From Acaryochloris marina S15 (GTDB taxonomy: Bacteria > Cyanobacteriota > Cyanobacteriia > Thermosynechococcales > Thermosynechococcaceae), in NCBI RefSeq assembly GCF_018336915.1, contig NZ_CP064923.1, forward strand, positions 5,430,001 to 5,462,000: 32,000 nt of DNA, in the 5' to 3' direction. The position numbers and the translations under genes are program-made. The stretch's first letter is position 1. Each line of letters opens with the position of its first letter. The notes beneath the pieces are model-generated. The model was not told the DNA's origin and made no database searches. It saw nothing but the letters and a program-made list of their open reading frames with translations. Shown here in pieces: positions 16,699 through 24,981 of this stretch.

Positions 16699-18828
16699 AT
16701 GCAAACCGTAGCCAACTACCTACGGTCACTACCAACAGACTATAGAGTTATTTATAGTAAATATTTTCTAGCATTCATTACCTTAGGGTTTATTGCCTAC
16801 GATTTAACTGAAATTGGCCCCAAGATCGGATCCTTATCTCGCACTGTTTTACCCGTTTTACCGATCTGTTCTTCACTGCTGATATTAGGGGCATTAAGGA
16901 TTTTTCTACCCCAACGTCCACCCAAATGGATTCAAGGGCTATTCGTTTTTTTATTGTTTGTTGTGCAAGCCCGATATCTCTTGTGGCGGGCAACCCATAC
17001 TCTAATTTTGAGTGGGCCAGATGGTGTATTTTGCATCGGCCTCTTTGCTTATGAACTGCTCAGCATTCTGAATAGCTGGACCAATAACTATTTAATCTTA
17101 CGGTCTCCCAATCGCAGTCTCGAAGCCGATCAATATAGTCAGTGGGTGCAAAAGACCTATAAGCCCAGCGTCGATATTTTGATCCCCACTTATAATGAAT
17201 CCCACAAAATGTTGGAACGGACGCTGATTGGTTGTAAATCCCTGAAATACCCGAAACAACAAAAACACATTTGGTTACTGGATGATGGACAACGACCCGA
17301 TGTTAAAGCGCTGGCCCAAAAATGGGGATGCAATTACCTCACTCGGCCCATTAATGACCATGCTAAGGCAGGAAACCTCAATCATGCTTTAAAGCATGTC
17401 AGTAGCGAAATTTTGGTGGTTTTTGATGCTGACTTTGTCCCCCTCAATCACTTTTTGGAACGAACCATTGGATTTTTCAAAGCAGACGATAATTTGTCCA
17501 TGGTCGTCACTCCTCAAAAGTTCTACAATCCCGACCCTCCTCAAAAAAACCTAGGCGGGCGGTTTATTACGGATGAGCAAACTGATTTTTACCAAGTGAT
17601 TCAGCCCGCCCGAGATTCTGTCAATGCTGTGGTTTGTTCGGGTAGTTCTGTGCTGTATCGACGCCAGCATTTAGATGCCATTGGTGGCATTCCTCTAGAT
17701 ACCATTGTTGAGGACTATGCCACGGGCATCTTAATGCAAGCTCGGGGTTATAAGACCGTCTATTTAAATGAACTGCTGAGTGTCGGCTGTGCCGCCAACA
17801 ATATTAATGAATATCTAAAACAACGGATGCGTTGGGCAGAAGGCACCTTGAGGATGGTGATTAGCAAACGTAATCCTCTGTGGTTGCCTGGCCTCAACTT
17901 TATACAGCGGTTTACCTATGCTGCGGGCACCCTGTACTGGCTGGAAGAGATGCTGAAAACCTTGAGCTTTTTGGCTCCTCTTTTCTACTTGCTGTTTGGA
18001 TTCAAAAGCATTGACATCACGTTAGGGGAAGCCAGCACCTATACCTTCTATAATTATTCTCTTTCTATGATTGTGATGAGCTGGATGCGAGGCAGCGTCC
18101 TGTTATTGATTATCTATAATCTCTTGCAAGGGTTTCATATTTTCAAAGTTGTACTGAAAATATTTTTATATTCTCAAATCTCTGATTCCTTCCAGGTCAC
18201 GAATAAACAGTTAGATAGCTTTGGTATAAAGTTCAATCTTCACAGTTTGGCGCATATTTTCATACTTTTAGGACTCACTCTATTCGCGATCATGTATGGC
18301 TTATTCCATCCCACAGGTGACGATCTATATATCATCAATCTCATTTGGGCCCAAGTGAATCTGCTCTTTTTAGCAGCAGCCCTGATTGCGGGAGTGAGTG
18401 CCGATCATGATCGGGGACACCCTCGGGTCTTTTCGGATGAGGTCTGCCAGGTAACGACCCAAACAGGACAAAGCGCCATGGGTCAATTTATAGATATTTC
18501 GGAAGCAGGCTGTCGCTTTCGCACCCATAACCCTACCGCACTACAACTGAATGAGACCGTTGAATTAGCCGTACCCAGGACCAGCTTACGAATGATGGCT
18601 GAGATCCGCAATCAGCAGAAAAACGGCACGGTGTATGGCTGCATGTTTAAGGATGTAGACGCGGTCACCCTCTGGAAAATCGTTAACTTTACCTATTGCA
18701 ACCCCCAAAACTGGAAACTGCCTCGAATTCCTACAGAGTGGGATACGATTCGTGCGATCGCATCTGGCTTATACGGCCTCTACCCTTTTCGCAACCTGAA
18801 AGTATCCTGTAAGATCAACCCACGCTAG
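16699..18828 (+). CDS. BcsA-like processive family-2 glycosyltransferase (cellulose-synthase-like) with C-terminal PilZ domain
   Basis: GGAG RBS. GT2 motifs: DILIPTYNES, LLDDG, HAKAGNLN, FDADF, TIVEDYATG, QRMRWAEG (QxxRW) and FQVTNK (FxVTxK). Multiple TM helices on both sides. PilZ signatures: R-G-H-P-R (RxxxR, 18412-18426) and D-I-S-E-A-G (DxSxxG, 18493-18510). Confidence 0.85.
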   Translation: MQTVANYLRSLPTDYRVIYSKYFLAFITLGFIAYDLTEIGPKIGSLSRTVLPVLPICSSLLILGALRIFLPQRPPKWIQGLFVFLLFVVQARYLLWRATHTLILSGPDGVFCIGLFAYELLSILNSWTNNYLILRSPNRSLEADQYSQWVQKTYKPSVDILIPTYNESHKMLERTLIGCKSLKYPKQQKHIWLLDDGQRPDVKALAQKWGCNYLTRPINDHAKAGNLNHALKHVSSEILVVFDADFVPLNHFLERTIGFFKADDNLSMVVTPQKFYNPDPPQKNLGGRFITDEQTDFYQVIQPARDSVNAVVCSGSSVLYRRQHLDAIGGIPLDTIVEDYATGILMQARGYKTVYLNELLSVGCAANNINEYLKQRMRWAEGTLRMVISKRNPLWLPGLNFIQRFTYAAGTLYWLEEMLKTLSFLAPLFYLLFGFKSIDITLGEASTYTFYNYSLSMIVMSWMRGSVLLLIIYNLLQGFHIFKVVLKIFLYSQISDSFQVTNKQLDSFGIKFNLHSLAHIFILLGLTLFAIMYGLFHPTGDDLYIINLIWAQVNLLFLAAALIAGVSADHDRGHPRVFSDEVCQVTTQTGQSAMGQFIDISEAGCRFRTHNPTALQLNETVELAVPRTSLRMMAEIRNQQKNGTVYGCMFKDVDAVTLWKIVNFTYCNPQNWKLPRIPTEWDTIRAIASGLYGLYPFRNLKVSCKINPR

Positions 18829-19304
18829 CCATCGCCACAGTCACCGATAAATGCACTCACTCATAAAATTAAATGCACCTGAACCGTCATTCTTGAGCGA
18901 CACCTGTGTACTATTGAGATCGGACGGATCAACTACGATCTAAGTGTTTCCCCTGATTTGCTCAAGACACATCATGAATTATGCTGTGCCTAGGTAAACA
19001 GGAGTCTTGTTCTTACTTCGTTTAAGATAAAGATTACACCTAAAAAAGGTAGATTTAGACCATTTGAATAACTCACGTTGTCTATGATCTAGTCCAATCA
19101 AGGTAAAGATACTCTTGATCAATTTCCTGGTACTCATTATAGTTTTGGCCCGCTCAACTTAGAGCCCAAGATGATGACACCTTGTTGATTTAAAGTGAAA
19201 CTCTCGTAAAAATACGGAGTATTCAGAGTTAGCTAGAGCGTCTTAATAGGGAATCCTTGTAATGAAGAGCTGTGGGTCTCATGGAGGTAAAAGGGAAGAG
19301 AGAC

Positions 19305-19685
19305 ATGACAACAGTAATGGTAGTTGATGACAGCCCCACCATGCGTGCCATGCTAACGGATATGTTACAGCGCAATGGTCTAGAGGTCATTGAAGCTGAA
19401 GACGGCTTAGCAGCTAAAACAATGCTGCAGGCCAGTAGCTATCCAGACTTGGTGATCACAGATATTGTGATGCCTCGCATGAACGGCTATGAATTGTGCC
19501 GCTGGGTCAAAAATGACCTAACCGACCGCAACTTACCCGTGATTATGTGCTCTACCAAGGGTGAAGCATTTGATCGACATTGGGGCATGAAGCAAGGGGG
19601 AGACGCTTACATTACCAAACCCTTTAACCCCTCAGAAATGCTCGATCTCATTCGTAAGCTACTCAAAACCCGGGCCGAGTCCTAG
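19305..19685 (+). CDS. Single-domain CheY/PilH-like response regulator
   Basis: Receiver motifs: VMVVDDSPTMR, DLVITDIVMPRMNGYELC (phospho-Asp) and the PilH-type tail STKGEAFDRHWGMKQGGDAYITKPF. The ORF opens at GTG 19272. I prefer ATG 19305 (MTTVMVVDD). Confidence 0.85.
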   Translation: MTTVMVVDDSPTMRAMLTDMLQRNGLEVIEAEDGLAAKTMLQASSYPDLVITDIVMPRMNGYELCRWVKNDLTDRNLPVIMCSTKGEAFDRHWGMKQGGDAYITKPFNPSEMLDLIRKLLKTRAES

Positions 19686-19702
19686 GGATTGGGTCAGCCA
19701 AT

Positions 19703-20188
19703 ATGGGAATCGAGATAGAGCGTAAGTTTCTCGTTACAGGAGAAGCATGGCGATCCATGGGCCATAGCGTCCCTCTCATTCAAGGGTATTTAGCAGGAAG
19801 TAATCAGGCCACCGCCAGGGTTCGTATTGCCGGAGACATCGCCTTCCTCACCGTTAAAGGAAGAGTCAAAAATCTGACGAGACAGGAGTTTGAATATGAG
19901 ATCCCTGTAGCTGATGCTCAAGCTATGATGGATCTTTGCCATCCGAGAGTCGTTGAAAAAACCCGCTACAAGATTCCGATAGAAGACCTCATTTGGGAGG
20001 TTGATGAGTTTGCTGGCCAGAATCAAGGGTTAGTCCTGGCAGAAGTAGAGCTGACCTCTCCTGAGCAATCTGTCCCATTACCCGATTGGATCGGCCTAGA
20101 AGTCTCGGATGATCCGAGATATTTCAATTCTTACCTAGCGGCTCATCCCTATAAAACTTGGCCCCATGAGTCAAGCTCCAATCCATAA
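19703..20188 (+). CDS. CYTH-domain protein (triphosphate tunnel metalloenzyme family)
   Basis: N-terminal E-x-E-x-K signature (IEIERKFLV), and later RVR...TVKG, EFEYEI, KTRY and EVEL strands typical of CYTH. It starts 17 nt after the receiver gene. Confidence 0.8.
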   Translation: MGIEIERKFLVTGEAWRSMGHSVPLIQGYLAGSNQATARVRIAGDIAFLTVKGRVKNLTRQEFEYEIPVADAQAMMDLCHPRVVEKTRYKIPIEDLIWEVDEFAGQNQGLVLAEVELTSPEQSVPLPDWIGLEVSDDPRYFNSYLAAHPYKTWPHESSSNP

Positions 20189-20211
20189 TCAGGCTAGAAA
20201 TTACCATTAAA

Positions 20212-20242
20212 TTAGCCCTCATGCTTAAGGCATGAGGGCTAA
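20212..20242. terminator. Bidirectional hairpin between convergent CYTH and prohibitin genes
   Basis: A 13-bp perfect stem (ttagccctcatgc with gcatgagggctaa) and loop ttaag. The T-rich tract is only on the minus-strand side (atttaatggtaattt). Confidence 0.6.
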
Positions 20243-20266
20243 TCGCTTCGCAAATTAGGCCGGTCT

Positions 20267-21100
20267 TTATCCCTTACTATCTGCGTTGACATTAAAGAGA
20301 AATGGCACCTGTCCGCTATCTTTGCCACTGCCACTAATTAAGACACGGGGCATTTGGGAACCCCCTTTCCTCCAGGCTTCAATCGCTTCTTTTTGCAGAA
20401 CTAATTTGCCCCCTTGATCCTTCAAGGTTTCTGCCAATAGACGTTGGGCTTCTGCCTTACCCTTAGCACGGTTCACTTCAGCCAGGGCTTCTTGCTCAGC
20501 TTCCCGAGCAACATAAACCGCTCTCTGAGCGCGCTGTTCGGCAATTTGTTTCTCTTCAACGGCCTGAGCAAATTCTGGGGAAAAGTCGAGATCTACAACG
20601 CTAGTATCAAGAACGATAATGCCGTATTTTTCCAGTCGCTTACTCAAAGCATCGTCAAAATCGGATTTCAAGACTTCCCGTTGGGTAATAGCTTCTTCCA
20701 CGGTGCGGCGAGAGGCAGCAATCTTAAAAGACTCCTGAGTCTGGGGCGCAATGATTTTGGAAACAATATTTTGAAGAGAACCTTGCTTCCGTCTTACTTC
20801 TACCACTTCCGTTGCATCGAGCCGAAAGTTAATGGCAAAACGGGCGGTGAGGTCCTGTAAGTCTTTGGTAGAACTTTGGGCAGGAACTTCAAATTTTTGG
20901 ACCGTCAAATCGTAAATATCGACTCTAGAAACAAAGGGAGCTTTGAAATGAATGCCTTCAAGGAGCGCTCCATCCCGCGCTTTTCCCAAAATACTGAGCA
21001 CGCCAGCTTGACCGGGATTGATAATCACAACAGCATTGAGGCCCAACAGTACCAATAACGCAATGATAATTCCGAGATTTGCTGGATTCCAATCCTTCAT
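20267..21100 (-). CDS. Prohibitin / SPFH (band 7) family protein
   Basis: An N-terminal TM anchor, then the SPFH core (VIINPGQAGVLSILGK...GIHFKAPFVSRVDIYDLTVQ...TKDLQDLTARFAINFR) and a coiled-coil A/E/Q-rich region. Confidence 0.85.
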   Translation of the reverse strand: MKDWNPANLGIIIALLVLLGLNAVVIINPGQAGVLSILGKARDGALLEGIHFKAPFVSRVDIYDLTVQKFEVPAQSSTKDLQDLTARFAINFRLDATEVVEVRRKQGSLQNIVSKIIAPQTQESFKIAASRRTVEEAITQREVLKSDFDDALSKRLEKYGIIVLDTSVVDLDFSPEFAQAVEEKQIAEQRAQRAVYVAREAEQEALAEVNRAKGKAEAQRLLAETLKDQGGKLVLQKEAIEAWRKGGSQMPRVLISGSGKDSGQVPFLFNVNADSKG

Positions 21101-21130
21101 GCTTAAGCCTTTTTGGTAATCTTGCCTTTC

Positions 21131-22540
21131 TCAGGGTAGCTGATTTATCTCTTCCAAGGGCAGGGATTTAGCTTCAATCTTTTTAGGAAGCTGCTGAGGG
21201 AGTGTCACCGTAAAGAGGGTACCTTGCTGCAACCGACTGCTGACACTCATTTGACCTTGGTGATTGTGGCAAATCCCTTGTGCGATCGCAAGCCCCAATC
21301 CCGTTCCCATCACTTTGCCAGAGGAAACGGGTTGAGCCGCCGGTATTAACGACCGCTGTCGAGCCGGATCCGCCCGATAAAACCGATCAAAGACATGGGG
21401 GATGGCTTCCGCCGGAATCCCGAGTCCCTCATCTTCAACTATCGCCTTTAGATAAGGTATACCTTGTCGAAGAGACTGTTTGAGGGTCACCCTGACCCTA
21501 CCCTCCGCAGGGGTGTATTGAATACCATTACTCACCAGATTGGTAAACAACCGCACCAGCTGATCGTAGTCTCCGATCACAGAAAAGGACTCTTCACCGG
21601 GTATCGTTTCTGCCCCCGTCTCTTCTAAATTTAGGTGTAGATGCACCCCCTTACTCGTCGCTAAAGCCCGTTGGTCTTCAACCACTTCCATCAAGACAGC
21701 ATCCAACGGACAAGGCTGGTAGTCAATCTGGAGCATGCCACTGTCTTGGCGGGCTAAAAACAGCAGGTCATCCACCAAGCGTCCAAGGCGCTGAGTCAGC
21801 CGCTCAATCACTTCTAACTGTTGCCGTTGCTCAGGCATCTCCAGTTCAGGATCTGCTAAAGCGACTTGCACATTGGTTTGGATAAGGGCAATCGGATTCC
21901 GCAACTCATGGGAGGCATCCGCCGTAAACTGCTTCAGATGTTGGTAAGAGTCTTGAATCGGTTCAATGGCTAACCCCGAGAGAAACCAACCCGTCATTGC
22001 CACTAACCCCACTAACAAACTCGTCCCCAAGCTCAGGTCAATAAACAGTTGGCGAGCGGGTTTCGTCACCTCAAACCAAGGATGGCTCACTCTTAGATAG
22101 CCCAGCACATTGCCATTCAACATGACCCGCTGGGTGAGCTGCCGCAACAAGTAATCGTCTGCAATTTCAACGGTTTCACCACGGTAGCCCAACCGAATGG
22201 GGACCTCCAAGGTTTCAGATAGAGTTGACCAAAGCAAATCACCGTCTGAATTAAACCATTCCAGATCAATCCGGTCATCATCCACCGCATCCGGCGGATC
22301 ACCAAAGCTTGCTTCTAAATTAACGATAAACGGAGAGTCTAGAGGAGAGAAATCTGCATTACTCGCCTCGACGACTAACGAGCGCTGTACCACCTCCACC
22401 ACATGGCTCAAGGTATCATCCACCCGCTCAATCAGCGTGCCCCGCACATACAGGTAAAAACCACTGGCAAATACCAGCAGTAAAATTGCAGTGACCCCTG
22501 TATACCAGAGTGCTAATCGCCGTCGAGTTTTTTGGAACAT
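21131..22540 (-). CDS. Membrane sensor histidine kinase
   Basis: Two TM helices bracket a periplasmic region of about 130 aa. H-box FTADASHELRNPIA, N-box LVSNGIQYT, G1 VEDEGLGI, G2 GTGLGLAIAQGI. No cognate regulator is adjacent. Confidence 0.9.
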   Translation of the reverse strand: MFQKTRRRLALWYTGVTAILLLVFASGFYLYVRGTLIERVDDTLSHVVEVVQRSLVVEASNADFSPLDSPFIVNLEASFGDPPDAVDDDRIDLEWFNSDGDLLWSTLSETLEVPIRLGYRGETVEIADDYLLRQLTQRVMLNGNVLGYLRVSHPWFEVTKPARQLFIDLSLGTSLLVGLVAMTGWFLSGLAIEPIQDSYQHLKQFTADASHELRNPIALIQTNVQVALADPELEMPEQRQQLEVIERLTQRLGRLVDDLLFLARQDSGMLQIDYQPCPLDAVLMEVVEDQRALATSKGVHLHLNLEETGAETIPGEESFSVIGDYDQLVRLFTNLVSNGIQYTPAEGRVRVTLKQSLRQGIPYLKAIVEDEGLGIPAEAIPHVFDRFYRADPARQRSLIPAAQPVSSGKVMGTGLGLAIAQGICHNHQGQMSVSSRLQQGTLFTVTLPQQLPKKIEAKSLPLEEINQLP

Positions 22541-22554
22541 ACCGTAGAGACTAT

Positions 22555-23124
22555 TTATTCTGACGCCGTTTCTAAAGCCAGCTTTTCCTTATCTCGTTTC
22601 CGTTTCTTGGCATAGAGCTGGATCGTCACCACCATCGCCACCACCATGGCAAAAATCACCCATACGGTTATATCCGTCGGCAGACTATTTTTGAAGACCG
22701 CCAACAGCACAATGGCCACTAGCATCAAGGTTGGCGCTTCATTGAGTGCCCGCAGTTGCTGCCCTGACCACCCACAGGTTCCTTCTTCCAGCTTTTTCAT
22801 CAGCCGACGACAGTAGAAGTGGTACACCAGCAACAATGCTACAAACCCTAATTTAACCTGTAGCCATCCTTGCTTCAGCAGATCAGGCTGAGTCACGAGC
22901 ATCCCAATCGCCATCGTCACAGTCACCATCATCCCAGGACTGGTAATGATGCTATAGAGACGCTTTTCCATCAGCGTATACTGCTGCTTGAGAATAGCAG
23001 GTGCAGGCTCCGGCTCATCGTTGGCTTCTACGTGATAGATAAATAAGCGGACTAAATAAAAGAGTCCAGCGAACCAAACAACAACGCCAATAATATGAAA
23101 TGCTTTAAACCAAAAGTAAGCCAT
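22555..23124 (-). CDS. hemJ: Protoporphyrinogen IX oxidase HemJ
   Basis: MAYFWFKAFHIIGVVVWFAGLFYLVRLFIYHVEA is the characteristic HemJ N-terminus. The protein is a 189-aa multi-TM protein. Confidence 0.85.
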   Translation of the reverse strand: MAYFWFKAFHIIGVVVWFAGLFYLVRLFIYHVEANDEPEPAPAILKQQYTLMEKRLYSIITSPGMMVTVTMAIGMLVTQPDLLKQGWLQVKLGFVALLLVYHFYCRRLMKKLEEGTCGWSGQQLRALNEAPTLMLVAIVLLAVFKNSLPTDITVWVIFAMVVAMVVTIQLYAKKRKRDKEKLALETASE

Positions 23125-23400
23125 GAACCTGCCAACACTTCAAAAGACCTAAAACCCATCCTAAACTAACCCTTGCCATGGCAAGAGAGTTACTAGGCGT
23201 TGCGTCATCTTCCTTAAAGATTGGGCATCAAAACTCAGTTCAAGTCAGCTCCAATAAGCCTGAAACAGACATCAGCAATCGCCTTCTCGCTTCAACATGG
23301 GCTCGGCTTAACCTGAGTGGCAAGATTGAAAGTGCAATCTCTCTTGCCAGGCAATAGCTCCAGACATGAGATGTCATTCATAAGAGATTGCACCGCAGAT

Positions 23401-24057
23401 TTATGCTTCTACCAAAGGAGGGCATGTCACACTAGTCCCCCCTAATCCACAATAGCCACCCGGATTTTTAGCCAAGTATTGCTGGTGATAATCTTCCGCA
23501 TAATAAAATTCGGGAGCATCCAACACTTCAGTCGTAATTTCATTTAGGCCAGCTTTTTTTAAAGCTTCCTGATAAATACCCTTGGAAGACGATGCTAGTG
23601 CCTTTTGCTGCTCCGAGTAGGTGTAAACGCCAGAACGATATTGCGTGCCCACATCATTCCCTTGCTGCATCCCTTGGGTTGGATTATGGCTTTCCCAAAA
23701 AACTTGCAGAAGACTGTCGTAACTAATTTTAGAAGGGTCAAAAATAACCATCACGACTTCGTTATGCCCCGTCATTCCTGAACAGACTTCTTGATATGTG
23801 GGGTTAGGCGTGACACCACTGGCATAGCCCACAGCAGTCACATACACCCCCTCCTGTTGCCAAAAACGTCGTTCAGCCCCCCAAAAACAACCCAAGCCAA
23901 ACATGGCTTGCTCCAACCCTTCAGGAAAAGGAGGTTTGAGAGGATGACCATTGACAAAGTGCTTCTCAGGAACAGGCATCGATTTTGCCCGCCCTGCTAA
24001 TGCGTCCTCTGAAGTCGGTAAGGTAAGCTTTTTCCCAAATAATCCAAAAAGAGCCAT
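23401..24057 (-). CDS. msrA: Peptide-methionine (S)-S-oxide reductase
   Basis: Active-site motif [13 protein letters not shown], then [26 protein letters not shown] and [15 protein letters not shown]. Confidence 0.9.
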   Translation of the reverse strand: MALFGLFGKKLTLPTSEDALAGRAKSMPVPEKHFVNGHPLKPPFPEGLEQAMFGLGCFWGAERRFWQQEGVYVTAVGYASGVTPNPTYQEVCSGMTGHNEVVMVIFDPSKISYDSLLQVFWESHNPTQGMQQGNDVGTQYRSGVYTYSEQQKALASSSKGIYQEALKKAGLNEITTEVLDAPEFYYAEDYHQQYLAKNPGGYCGLGGTSVTCPPLVEA

Positions 24058-24981
24058 AGTGCCAAAAATTAATTGATGAAGGACAGAGAGATACTACCTT
24101 CAGGGTAACGAATCCATAGGAACGCAAGGTTACCCTGGCATACATAGAACGATATATCTAGTCTCTACGAGATTGAAAGATAAAGAACGCAATCATATAG
24201 CCATTTTCTTATTCCACCTCCAAAAGCCTAATTTACAGCGACAACCCACAACTAACTATATAGATAAAAACACCGAGAATAACTTTAAGAATTAGTTGAA
24301 GCAGCAGGCCATATATTAAATAATTTCTTTCACTTTCATAGATAAAGCAAAGAGTTTTATCGGAAAACACTGACTCCTCTCAGCATTAATTGATTTTCAG
24401 AGCATAAATATCAGAGTTTTTACTGAGGTGGCCATATTTCTGAAGTAGCTACGCTAGTTATAGAATTCTCCCCAAAGAAAATATTCCGTATTTTCTCGCA
24501 ATAGACAAAGCTCAAAATTCTAGCAAACAATCAACAAAGCAGCTATTAATCAACAAACTAAATTCACATCTAAAGTGCTTCCATCAATGGAGGTTATTTT
24601 TACAATCAATCCATTCATACAATCAGACTAAAAATACAAGCACAAACCAAAAAGCTACAGATAAAATCACATAAAGGCTCATTGTTTCACTTCTAATTAA
24701 GTTATACATTAGAAGAATTTTAATGACGTCAATTCATACATAGCAGTGCCAGCATTGATATATAACCTGATATATCAATGCAAGTACATTGCGGTGCCAC
24801 TCATATTCATGAAAGCCATATCATCAAACCCAAAAAATCAATAAAAAAGCTATTCCTTGATTAATTCATAAATTAATTAGCCAAGAAAACACCTAAAAAT
24901 ATCGCCTAACCAATAAATATCAGAAGTAAATCCACGAGATCTCTTCACTCATTTTTCAGACCTTAAATAACATCCAGTGCA

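Noticed and set aside
23171-23393. Palindrome CTTGCCATGGCAAG (about 23174-23187) and an 11-bp inverted repeat gtgcaatctct / agagattgcac (about 23332-23394) between msrA and hemJ
   Set aside because: They could be an msrA terminator or a hemJ regulatory site. The long-range repeat has a loop of about 40 nt and no U-tract, and the 14-mer contains an NcoI-type self-complementary core that arises easily. I have no basis for assigning a function.
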